From Allobaculum fili (GTDB lineage Bacteria; Bacillota_I; Bacilli_A; Erysipelotrichales; Erysipelotrichaceae), in the NCBI RefSeq assembly GCF_020969955.1, contig NZ_JAHDSX010000021.1, positions 1 through 32,000 of the forward strand: a stretch of 32,000 nucleotides of DNA. The letters run 5' to 3'. Under the pieces are notes generated by a model that saw only the letters and a program-made list of their open reading frames with translations, was not told the DNA's origin and ran no database searches. The translations under genes and the position numbers were made by a program. Positions 8,364 to 19,428 of the stretch are shown here, one piece after another (positions within the stretch are counted from its first letter, which is position 1; every line of letters begins with the position of its first letter).

Positions 8364-9047
8364 TTATTCTTTGTCTATTTTAGACTTTCGCCTGTCTTTG
8401 GCAACCTCCCGTTCATTATCGATCGCCGATTTGGCTGGACAGACGGCTATTTTGCCTTCCTGAAGGCATCGAATGTCTTCCCGGCTCCAGCGTTCCTTAC
8501 CCTGAACGCAGAGATTGGAATGTTTTCCCTGTTTATAGCGTACCGGATAGGCTGGCGGGCAGACAACAGTAGAGCCCGGTTCCACATTCCGGATGACAAT
8601 CGCGCCGGCACCAACTTTGGCGTCCTTTCCGATCGTAATATTTCCGAGAATTTTGGCACCGGCGCCAATCAGAACGCCGTCTTCGACGGTGGGATGACGC
8701 TTTCCTTTATCTTTTCCCGTACCGCCCAGGGTGACGCCCTGATAAATTTTCACATCGTCGCCGATAATGCAGGTTTCGCCGATGACTACGCCGCTGCCAT
8801 GATCAATAAAGAAGCGCTTGCCGATCTGGGCCCCGGGATGGATATCGATTCCCGTTTTCTGCTGCGCACGCAGGGACATCCAGCGCGCCAGAACATAATG
8901 TTTTTTCTGATACAGCCGATGGGTTCTGTACCAGGTTTTGATCGCCCGATAACCGGGCATCCTCAGGATTTCGAGTTTGGAATTTAAGGAAGGGTCAAGA
9001 GCCATGAAGCATTCCTGCTCTTCCTTGATAAACGCGCGATATCCCAT
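8364..9047 (-). CDS. cysE: serine O-acetyltransferase
   Basis: Hexapeptide-repeat core GIDIHPGAQIGKRFFIDHGSGVVIGETCIIGDDVKIYQGVTLGG...KRHPTVEDGVLIGAGAKILG. I prefer the ATG at 9047 (SD GGAAAGGA 7-8 nt upstream) over the track's TTG at 9077. Confidence 0.9.
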   Translation of the reverse strand: MGYRAFIKEEQECFMALDPSLNSKLEILRMPGYRAIKTWYRTHRLYQKKHYVLARWMSLRAQQKTGIDIHPGAQIGKRFFIDHGSGVVIGETCIIGDDVKIYQGVTLGGTGKDKGKRHPTVEDGVLIGAGAKILGNITIGKDAKVGAGAIVIRNVEPGSTVVCPPAYPVRYKQGKHSNLCVQGKERWSREDIRCLQEGKIAVCPAKSAIDNEREVAKDRRKSKIDKE

Positions 9048-9392
9048 AAAATCATCCTTTCCAGTCAACAGATTCAATTTTAATCAAAAAAACAGGCACC
9101 TGACTAATCAACGGCCTGTTCCCTTCCCCAACTTGTCGATTTTGAATGAAAATCCATGAAACCCGTTGGCATATCGTGTAAGCAAGCCTCGTTTTTCACC
9201 AAAGCGGCAAATAAAACCGATCCGGCAGGACTTTTCCAAGACTAGAGGATGAAACCGTCCATGGCAAGATGCATTTTGAAGAAAATCGATAGGATATCGC
9301 CAAGCCATGGCAAGGGACAGAGATTTAGTGCGGTCATCATCGAGCATCACACATTCCTCTTCGTTTTTAAATTGCCGTGAAGTTTCATCCGG
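9048..9392 (-). promoter_or_regulatory. structured 5' leader of cysE (cis-regulatory RNA of unassigned class)
   Basis: About 340 nt lie between the ppdK terminator and the cysE RBS, ending in a terminator hairpin 36 nt before the ATG. This is the usual riboswitch/T-box attenuation layout. No consensus for T-box or S-box could be confirmed by eye. Confidence 0.5.
9084..9120 (-). terminator. attenuator-type intrinsic terminator inside the cysE leader
   Basis: On the minus strand, AACAGGC, a 16-nt loop and GCCTGTT are followed by TTTTTTT, immediately upstream of the cysE SD. Confidence 0.65.
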
Positions 9393-9432
9393 CCAAAAGA
9401 AAACAGCGGACCGTTTTTGCGGGCGGTCCGCT
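9393..9432 (-). terminator. intrinsic terminator of ppdK
   Basis: On the minus strand, AGCGGACCG, a loop and CGGTCCGCT are followed by GTTTTCTTTTGG, about 90 nt after the ppdK stop. Confidence 0.8.
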
Positions 9433-9519
9433 GTGGATCAACGAGATTCAATAGTCAGACGTATGGGTCTTCAGACACGCTGGTCAGGAAATCCAGCATC
9501 TGGAATCATCGAAAGGATC

Positions 9520-12150
<2,631 letters not shown>

Positions 12151-12597
12151 GCGTTTCCTCCTTGTTAAAATCTCATACTTCATTATTTTACAAGGTTTTT
12201 CGGGAATGGAAACATCCTCATTGCAATCGCTTACACAATCTTCAAGCGAAATGACCACAAACGCGGCAGGTTTTAAAACGGCCGGACAGACGTCCTTCAG
12301 CTTGCATTTCCTGTTGCATCTGGCGAACGAATCCAAGGTGTAAAGCTCCTCAGCTAGCTCTTTTTCGTCCGGTGAAAAAAGAAGAAACGGTCTTGGAATC
12401 AGAGACGGAGAAGAAATAATCTTTTCGGGATTTTTATCGCATACGTCAGCGATCATCTTTATATAGGGCAGATTTTCTTTTTCATCAAGAAGCAGCGAAT
12501 AGAGAGGCTTCTGCGTAAACGGAATGTCCTTTTCCTTGAGCAGCAGGCGGGCCGCACGCGTTCGGGCGCATCCAGGAACGGTAAGCAGTACAGGCAC
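12151..12597 (-). CDS. ArsC/Spx-like thioredoxin-fold ORF with no stop codon of its own, reading in frame into ppdK
   Basis: GTG at 12597 is preceded by AAAGGAAG with a 7-nt spacer. VLLTVPGCARTRAARLLLKEKDIPF...SLIPRPFLLFSPDEKEL parallels the ArsC/Spx/YffB layout, but the CxxC position reads CART. A Cys-rich tail follows. The last ~60 nt are AT-rich and contain the ppdK SD. Confidence 0.45.
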
Positions 12598-12786
12598 AGT
12601 TCATCTTCCTTTCGAGATCTAGAGTCGATCCTGCAGAACGGGGATCGGGTCAAAAAAGCCCGAATTGCTTCAGACTCTTTAGGGTTTCCTTTCTGCGGGG
12701 AAACGTCTAAAGTGTAATAAATGATGCAAAAAATGTCATAAACTCGAAGAACCGAATGACACAATTTTCGCAATAAGGAGAATTTC

Positions 12787-13770
12787 ATGAAGAGAATGCT
12801 CAGCGGAATCAAGCCGACCGGACGTCTGACTTTAGGCAACTACATCGGCGCCATCCGCGAATTTGTTAAGTATCAGGATGAATACGAAATGTTCATTTTC
12901 ATCGCTAACCAGCACGCACTGACCATCCCGATTAAGGCGGCGGAACTGCGCCGCAACACGAAGGATCTGATCGCCATTTACCTGGCGGCCGGTCTCGATC
13001 CCAAAAAGGTTACCCTCTTTTTGCAGAGTGATGTTCCCGCCCACGCCCAGCTTGGCTGGATCATGACGTGCCTGTCCGGTTATGGCGAACTGCAGCGGAT
13101 GACACAGTTCAAGGATAAAATGGCCAAGCAGGAAACTGGCATTACCGCAGGTCTGTTTACGTACCCGTCTTTAATGGCAGCCGATATTCTGCTTTACGAT
13201 CCGGAATACGTACCGGTAGGTCAGGATCAGCAGCAGCATGTGGAACTGACCCGCGACCTGGCGGAACGCTTCAACAAGCGCTATTCGGATACATTCACCA
13301 TTCCAGAACCGCTCGTAACGAAAGTCGGTGCCAAAATTTACGACCTGCAAAACCCGACGAAGAAAATGTCCAAGTCCGAATCTTCGCCAAAAGGCGTAAT
13401 CGACCTGCTCGACGATCCGAAATCCGCCCGCAACAAAATCAAGGGCGCCGTTACCGATTCCTTAGGCCATGTCGCCTTTGATCCGGAAAACCAGCCCGGC
13501 GTCTCCAACCTGCTGACCATTCTTTCCGCGCTCAGCGGCGAATCTATCGATTCCATTGTCGCCCGCTACGAAGGCAAGGGCTACGGCGATCTGAAAGAAG
13601 AAACCGGCCAGGCCGTTCATGACTTTCTGACCGCTCTGCAGGCCAAATACAAGGAAATTCTTGCCGAAGGCAAAGTGGATGCCATTCTCAAGGAAGGGGC
13701 AGAACGCGCCAGCAGAATCGCCAACAAGAAAATTTCCAAAGTGTACCGCAAAGTCGGTCTGAGTCTTTAA
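12787..13770 (+). CDS. trpS: tryptophan--tRNA ligase
   Basis: 327 aa. Class I motifs are SGIKPTGRLTLGNYIG (HIGH region) and KMSKS. SD is AAGGAGAATTTC ATG. Confidence 0.95.
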   Translation: MKRMLSGIKPTGRLTLGNYIGAIREFVKYQDEYEMFIFIANQHALTIPIKAAELRRNTKDLIAIYLAAGLDPKKVTLFLQSDVPAHAQLGWIMTCLSGYGELQRMTQFKDKMAKQETGITAGLFTYPSLMAADILLYDPEYVPVGQDQQQHVELTRDLAERFNKRYSDTFTIPEPLVTKVGAKIYDLQNPTKKMSKSESSPKGVIDLLDDPKSARNKIKGAVTDSLGHVAFDPENQPGVSNLLTILSALSGESIDSIVARYEGKGYGDLKEETGQAVHDFLTALQAKYKEILAEGKVDAILKEGAERASRIANKKISKVYRKVGLSL

Positions 13771-13818
13771 TTCGACTTTAGAAAAAACTTCTTAAGACCT
13801 GATTTCTAATCCAAAATA

Positions 13819-13861
13819 AAGGCCTCACGTCTCCTTTTGAAAGAGACGTGAGGCCTTTTGT
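13819..13861. terminator. bidirectional intrinsic terminator after trpS
   Basis: AAGGCCTCACGTCTC (13819-13833) pairs with GAGACGTGAGGCCTT (13843-13857). T-rich tails on both strands. Confidence 0.85.
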
Positions 13862-14005
13862 GCTCTATTTGCGATAGGTAGGGTGCAGACCAAGTTTTTG
13901 ACACCCAGATAAATCCCATCTGCATCCTTTGTTCAGACGGTCGGCATCATTTTCAAACCGGCTCTTTAGTCTACGCCAGGCTGTTCTTCGCAAACCCGAT
14001 CTGGA

Positions 14006-14533
14006 TTACTGGGCGATCGCCAGCAGGCTCTGGGTAATGTGCAGATAGGCTTCGGTCCAGTATTTGGTTTCTGCGGCGCTCCATCCATCGCTTCCCGATT
14101 CAAATCCGTCGAGCTTGTCATCCATGTCGGCGACTTTCGTCGTCCAGTTCGCCATTTCCAGAAGCAGTCCCATATCGCCCGGATTTTGCATGTAGCGTTT
14201 CATGAAGTCGACATACTCGTCATAAAACTTCACATAAGCGTCGACCGCTTCCTTAAACTCCGGACGAATGCCGTCGGAAGCCGGCTGTTGGGCAGGTTCC
14301 TCTTTAGCGGGAGCGGGCTGAGGAGCCGGTTCCGGTTTTTTTTCAGCGACCGGCGTTTCTTCAACCGGCTTTTCCGATGGCGCAGCTTCCTTTTTGCTTT
14401 CGCTTGCGATCGATGAAATCGCAGAAGATTCTGTAATGCTTGTTTTTGCTGCTTTTTTACTGGAAGATCCGCACGCTCCAAGGACCATACTGGTGGCGAG
14501 TGCTGCCATCAGCAGCGCATTTCGTTTTTTCAT
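14006..14533 (-). CDS. putative lipoprotein with Pro/Glu/Ala-rich linker and helical C-terminal domain
   Basis: From the ATG at 14533: MKKRNALLMAALATSMVLGAC, with lipobox LGAC. The track's upstream extension to 14599 lacks signal-peptide logic. C-terminal domain EFKEAVDAYVKFYDEYVDFMKRY... has unknown function. Confidence 0.75.
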   Translation of the reverse strand: MKKRNALLMAALATSMVLGACGSSSKKAAKTSITESSAISSIASESKKEAAPSEKPVEETPVAEKKPEPAPQPAPAKEEPAQQPASDGIRPEFKEAVDAYVKFYDEYVDFMKRYMQNPGDMGLLLEMANWTTKVADMDDKLDGFESGSDGWSAAETKYWTEAYLHITQSLLAIAQ

Positions 14534-14794
14534 ATGTGTTCCCTTTCTTTTTCGATCTTTTTCGTTTCTGATCTTTTTTTCTATGAATGGATGGGCCAAC
14601 GATTTTCAAAACTGTTCGGCTTCTTCACTGGATCCATTTTCAAAATCTCTGCATTTTCATTCCGACTTTTTCTGCTTCCGTATCTCGTTTTTTCCTTTTC
14701 TGCTCGGATGAATGCTCCAGCGCAGACTGGCATCACCCGGGCGTATGGAGTAAACGGCCTAATCGGCCGGGAACTGGATCCAAAATTTGCCTGT

Positions 14795-14835
14795 AAGAAA
14801 AACGAACCGGCGAATCGTTCGAAATCGCCGGTTCG
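14795..14835 (-). terminator. intrinsic terminator of the XRE-family gene
   Basis: On the minus strand, CGAACCGGCGA, a loop and TCGCCGGTTCG are followed by TTTTTCTTAC, about 45 nt after the stop at 14881. Confidence 0.8.
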
Positions 14836-14880
14836 TACTCTGGACTGGATCTGTATTCCGTAAGTTTTTCTGTACTGCGC

Positions 14881-15360
14881 TTACTCCTCCGCGCTCTGGA
14901 TCGGCTTCATCTTCAGCCAGAGTTCGAGCTCCCGGCCTGCCTGACCGAGATCTTTCATACGCTGACTGCTTTCCTTTAGAAACTCCGCTTCTTCCGCGGT
15001 GATCGACTTGGCGGCTCCGAGCTGCAGCAGGCGCTGACGGTCGCCTTCGAGCTGGGTATACGCAAGTTCGGCATGAACGATGATCTGAGCCAGTGAATAA
15101 AGTTCCACCGCTTTGTCATATTTCTGGCCAATAGCGCAATGCATGGCGCAATGGCAGCTGGAGAGCGTGTAATCGCCGTACGCTTCCTCCATGGCCAGAA
15201 CATCGTGCGGATCGATCGCCGATTTGTTTCGTTCCATTTTTTCAAGCTGATTTTCGGAGAGATAGACGATTTTTTCTGACGCTTGCTTCCGGGTAAGCCC
15301 GGCCTTTTCGCGCGATTTCTGGTAAATGCTTTTCTGACTACGCAAAGATTTTCTTCCCAT
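14881..15360 (-). CDS. XRE-family helix-turn-helix transcriptional regulator with Cys/His-rich segment
   Basis: HTH QKSREKAGLTRKQASEKIVYLSENQLEKMERNK, then CHCAMHCAIG. The start is uncertain. I favour Met68 of the track ORF (ATG 15360), because the upstream 67 residues look non-protein-like. The ATGs at 15408 and 15561 remain possible. Confidence 0.65.
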   Translation of the reverse strand: MGRKSLRSQKSIYQKSREKAGLTRKQASEKIVYLSENQLEKMERNKSAIDPHDVLAMEEAYGDYTLSSCHCAMHCAIGQKYDKAVELYSLAQIIVHAELAYTQLEGDRQRLLQLGAAKSITAEEAEFLKESSQRMKDLGQAGRELELWLKMKPIQSAEE

Positions 15361-15774
15361 GAGCTGACTGGCGTCCCTTTGGGACGCACTCCCTTCCAGG
15401 AAGCGCATCCGCAATGGACCCGTATTCAGCTGATTCTTTTTTGAAAAGGCACATCGCCCATGGCTTCCATTAAAGGGGCCGCAAATTTTGCGAGATGCCT
15501 TTATGAGTGATCCAATGAAAAACGAACGAGTTTTCGTTCGTGCATCCTTGAACAAGTTCATCGTATCAATCTAAATTTGTTAAATATACATTCAAAACGG
15601 CGATTTCCTGATTGGTTTTCGCCTTTTTTGGCGGATTTATTTCCTGTCTCTGCTGTTCGGCTCGTTCCAAAACGCGTTAAAAGTACCCTATGTCGTACAA
15701 AAACTCAGGGGTTAAGGAAGAAAAGCTGATCACCAGCCAATCCTTTCTTGAGCGGAACGGCTTCTAAGCGCCAA

Positions 15775-15811
15775 TGAAAAAAGGACTCCAGCCTGATCTG
15801 GCTAGAGTCCC
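15775..15811 (-). terminator. intrinsic terminator of the SIMPL-like gene
   Basis: GGACTCCAGCC (15783-15793) pairs with GGCTAGAGTCC (15800-15810) at 10 of 11 positions. It is followed on the minus strand by TTTTTT. Confidence 0.8.
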
Positions 15812-15865
15812 TGAATTTCTGTTCTATTCTGGCAAAAGCGATCCCTGGGGAGGCTTTTGCATAGT

Positions 15866-16489
15866 TTATTCGTTGTTGAGTTCCCAGCGGCTTTGCGCTT
15901 TGACGCAGAGCGTCTTGTACGGTCTGGCCGCAAAAGCCAGATACCCGCTGACAATTTCTTCAGCCGGTTTGGCCTCGCACGCGATCAGGCCGCCGTTACC
16001 GGCACCGTCTTCGACGCGTTCAAATTCAATCTCACGACAGGATACGTTCGCTTCCCCAAGCTGTGCCCCCATCGCGGATGCCCGTTTTGACGCCATACGC
16101 AGTGCTTCGTCTTCGAGCGCCGCAAACGTCTCTTCGGTTTTATCGCAGGAAAAGGACAGAGAGATTTCGACCGGGAAGGAAGCGGCTGTGATGATTTGCC
16201 ACAGGCGGCAGAGCTGTTCATGATCAAATCGCCCGCGTACTTTCAGCTTCGCCATCGCCCGTTGTTTCGGCGGATTATCCTGGGCGGCTGAATCGATATC
16301 GCATAGGCTGAATGAATTCGGATCAATGCCTGCGTTCTCCATAGAAGCCATCAGCTGATCGCTGCACTCCTGCAGACGGTGCAGACTGGCCTGCATGGAA
16401 AGCCCTTCGCACTTAATCGTGAGCGAAATTTCCATGCTGTCGCAGACCAGCGTCTTCTGCGCTTCCGTCTTCAAAACAACACTCGTCAT
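15866..16489 (-). CDS. SIMPL (DUF541)-like protein lacking a signal peptide
   Basis: 207 aa. Ala-rich helices and ...ALEDEALRMASKRASAMGAQLGEANVSCREIEF... resemble the SIMPL-domain pattern. The N-terminus has no hydrophobic signal sequence. Assignment by pattern only. Confidence 0.5.
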   Translation of the reverse strand: MTSVVLKTEAQKTLVCDSMEISLTIKCEGLSMQASLHRLQECSDQLMASMENAGIDPNSFSLCDIDSAAQDNPPKQRAMAKLKVRGRFDHEQLCRLWQIITAASFPVEISLSFSCDKTEETFAALEDEALRMASKRASAMGAQLGEANVSCREIEFERVEDGAGNGGLIACEAKPAEEIVSGYLAFAARPYKTLCVKAQSRWELNNE

Positions 16490-16695
16490 AGATTTTCTCC
16501 TTCAGATCAAGAGGTGTGATCCTGTTTCATACATCTTAAAGGATTATGAAAACTCTTTCAATCCTTTAGGTAAAGGTGAATAAATCCATTCGTGTTATTT
16601 TTGGAAAATTTCTTTCCCTCTTTTCATGCGAAATCGGTTTTTCAAAATAGAAAGACAATATGGATGCGTATTTCCCTTACCGTTGCGGGATCCCT

Positions 16696-18018
16696 CTACT
16701 TCTGCGAATTTACGCGCTGCGCAACGAGTTCCTTGAAAATATCTCCGCGCTGCTCGTAGCTTTTGAACTGATCAAATGAGGAAGTCGCCGGACAGAGCAG
16801 AATGACTTCACCTTCTCTGGCATTCGCCAGTGCCGCATCGAGTGCTTCTTCCATCGTTTCCAGTACTACGGTGTTTGAGAAAATATCCGGGAACTTCGGT
16901 CCGATCTGTCCAAAGGCGTAGCACTTCGCGATCACCGGATCGTATTCCTTTAAAACGGAGTAGTCGATTCCCTTGTCCTTGCCGCCTGCAAGCAGATGAA
17001 CGCCGCCTTTAAAACTGGAGAGCGCCGCGATAGCGGAATGGGTATTGGTCGCCTTGGAGTCGTTATAAATGCGAACGCCATTGAGTGTATCTACATATTC
17101 AATACGGTGTTCAACGCCTTTGAATGTCTGGATGACGTCTTCAATATCTTCCTGCTTCACGCCCATCAAATAAGCCATGGCAGCGGCCATCATCGCGTTG
17201 CCCAGGTTGAAATCGCCGACCAGTTTGAGATCGGCCGCGGTAAACAGCCGGGTGCCCTGAAGACAGACTTCCCCGTCTTTTACACAGAGATCCGCATTGG
17301 GATTCGTAAGCGAAAAATCAATCACCTGACAGGGAATGTTTCTGGCATACTGCATGATCGTTTCATCATCGATGTTACGGATGAAATAATCGTCCATCGT
17401 GCAGTTTTCGTAAATGCGGAATTTGGAAGCGTAGTACGCGTCCAGACTGTCCATGTAATCGAGATGGTCCGGCGCCAGATTGGAAACGACCGATACGTGC
17501 GGACGGAACGTATCGATGCCCAGCAGCTGGAAGTTGCTCAGTTCCAGTGCGATTTTTGCGGGTTTGTCCTTCAGTTCGAGAGCACATTCAGAAAGTGGAA
17601 TACCGATGTTTCCAGCCGCACGCGCGTTCGGATCGGCCTTTTTCAGCATTTCGTAAAGAATGGTCGTAATCGTCGTCTTGCCGTCCGTTCCCGTTACCGC
17701 CGCGTATTCAAGGTTTTTTGCGATGCGATACGCAGTTTCGATTTCGGTATAGACCGGTACGCCAGCTTCGACAAAATACTTCACCAGCGGTGCTCGATAC
17801 GGGATACCCGGATTTTTCACGACGAAAAGATAGTCTGTATTTTTCAGAAATTCAGGATGACCGCCGTCGTAGACGCGGATCCCCTCCTGTTCGAGTTCGT
17901 TCTTTTCAGGAACTTCCTTCATATCCGTGAGGATCACATCGTATCCGTTTTGGTTCAGTAACCGAGCGCCGGCTATGCCCGAACGGGCGGCGCCAATGAC
18001 AAGGACAGGTGCTGCCAT
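16696..18018 (-). CDS. murD: UDP-N-acetylmuramoyl-L-alanine--D-glutamate ligase
   Basis: 440 aa. Rossmann-type N-terminus VLVIGAARSGIAGARLL, Mur ligase P-loop VTGTDGKTTITT. SD is AAAGGAGAAAAGC ATG. Confidence 0.95.
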   Translation of the reverse strand: MAAPVLVIGAARSGIAGARLLNQNGYDVILTDMKEVPEKNELEQEGIRVYDGGHPEFLKNTDYLFVVKNPGIPYRAPLVKYFVEAGVPVYTEIETAYRIAKNLEYAAVTGTDGKTTITTILYEMLKKADPNARAAGNIGIPLSECALELKDKPAKIALELSNFQLLGIDTFRPHVSVVSNLAPDHLDYMDSLDAYYASKFRIYENCTMDDYFIRNIDDETIMQYARNIPCQVIDFSLTNPNADLCVKDGEVCLQGTRLFTAADLKLVGDFNLGNAMMAAAMAYLMGVKQEDIEDVIQTFKGVEHRIEYVDTLNGVRIYNDSKATNTHSAIAALSSFKGGVHLLAGGKDKGIDYSVLKEYDPVIAKCYAFGQIGPKFPDIFSNTVVLETMEEALDAALANAREGEVILLCPATSSFDQFKSYEQRGDIFKELVAQRVNSQK

Positions 18019-18363
18019 GCTTTTCTCCTTTACGCATCGGCCAGGCTTTCGTTTCGGCCGATTTTCTTCTGCTTTTCCAAAGAGACTGGTCTCTCTTTGT
18101 ATTCGTTTTGCTCCAGACCGTATTGCTCATGCTGCATCTAGCTCTCGCTTTACGAGGTGAAGGCAAGCTGGCCTTTACGGTATTCAGGCAAAAATCTAAA
18201 ACTTCAATATCTAAATTCGTTTAATTCGGTTTTGATTGTATCGCTTTTGTGCGCCATACGCGAAACTCTAAAGCTTTTCGCCGAGTTTCAAAAGAATCAA
18301 TCCGACCAGATTCGGCGATATATAGAGGCGTTTCGCTGTTTCGCTGGTTAGAGATTTGAATGG

Positions 18364-18397
18364 CATGAAAAAGGCCTGATTCCTTTTCGAACCAGGC
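18364..18397 (-). terminator. probable intrinsic terminator directly after mraY
   Basis: On the minus strand, GCCTGGTTC, a loop and GAATCAGGC (8 of 9 pairs) are followed by CTTTTTCAT, about 20 nt after the mraY stop. Confidence 0.55.
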
Positions 18398-18414
18398 AAA
18401 TGAATCAACGGGAA

Positions 18415-19428
18415 TTAATGAAGAATAGCCAGCAGGATGGAAAGCGCGCCGGCGACCATGCCGCAGCCCCAGAACACGTAGCAGACTTTCATCTCACTCC
18501 AGCCCTTCTTTTCAAAATGATGGTGAAGCGGCGCCATCAGGAAGATGCGCTTTCTGGTCTTTTTATAATAGGTGACCTGAATGATATCCGAGAGCGCTTC
18601 CGCAATGAAGACGATACCTGCAATCAGCAAATACAATTCCGTCTGGGTAACCATAGCCGCTGCGGCAAGCAGACCGCCAAGAGCCAGGGAGCCCGTGTCG
18701 CCCATGAACACTTTGGCCGGATGAATATTGAAAAACAGATAGCCGATCAGGGCGCAGATGACCAGAAACAGAATCAGAGCGGTATTCAGATCGTTCATCC
18801 ACACCGCAAAGCAGAGAAACGGAATGAAAGCAGCAATGCAAAGGCCTGCGCAAAGGCCGTCTACGCCATCCGACAGGTTGACTGCGTTGGTCGTGCCGGT
18901 AAACATGAAAAAAGCGATGATCACAAACAGCCAGGTGGGAAGAACCGCAAAGGACAGGTTGTGCAAATAGAAGGCCGGCTCATTGTACATAAGATAGAGC
19001 GCGATCAGAACGAGCGCGAGAATCGACTGCAGACCAAACTTCAGTTTTGGTTTTAAACCGATGTTGGAGTGCTGAACGACGATCAGATAATCATCCGCAA
19101 AACCGATCAGACCATAGCCGACATACGCCAGCAGAACAATGGCTGTGTTGATCGTCCAGCCAAACGGCCGGAAGAAAGCGTAATACACAAGGTAGACGAG
19201 AACAGGAATGAGAACAAAGGCGATTCCGCCCATCGTCGGGGTTCCCGATTTGGCTTTATGACTTTCCAGTCCTTCCTCTCGCTCCGTCTGGCCGTATTTG
19301 AGCTTGCGTAAATAGCGAATCAGCGCCGGCATGCACGCCAGCATCAGACAAAGCACCGCAATTCCAGACAGGATGACCATCGTCAGAAGCCCCGGAGTAC
19401 TGGGCAACCCGTTAAACATAGATAACAT
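18415..19428 (-). CDS. mraY: phospho-N-acetylmuramoyl-pentapeptide-transferase
   Basis: 337 aa polytopic protein with MraY motifs GTPTMGG, NAVNLSDGVDGL and MGDTGSLALGG. Confidence 0.95.
   Translation of the reverse strand: MLSMFNGLPSTPGLLTMVILSGIAVLCLMLACMPALIRYLRKLKYGQTEREEGLESHKAKSGTPTMGGIAFVLIPVLVYLVYYAFFRPFGWTINTAIVLLAYVGYGLIGFADDYLIVVQHSNIGLKPKLKFGLQSILALVLIALYLMYNEPAFYLHNLSFAVLPTWLFVIIAFFMFTGTTNAVNLSDGVDGLCAGLCIAAFIPFLCFAVWMNDLNTALILFLVICALIGYLFFNIHPAKVFMGDTGSLALGGLLAAAAMVTQTELYLLIAGIVFIAEALSDIIQVTYYKKTRKRIFLMAPLHHHFEKKGWSEMKVCYVFWGCGMVAGALSILLAILH

Noticed and set aside
9048-9392. Cys-specific T-box or S-box (SAM-I) riboswitch call for the cysE leader
   Set aside because: A UGC-A element and a GAUGAUGA stretch are present. 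However, there is no GGUGGUACC-type T-box sequence adjacent to the terminator. The S-box-like AUGAAAC..GGCAA strings occur without the GAGGGA/GGCCC core or on the wrong strand. It is kept as an unclassified leader.
12598-12786. T-box leader upstream of trpS
   Set aside because: Only about 190 nt are available, shared with a divergent gene. There is no terminator hairpin plus T-run before the trpS SD and no T-box consensus.
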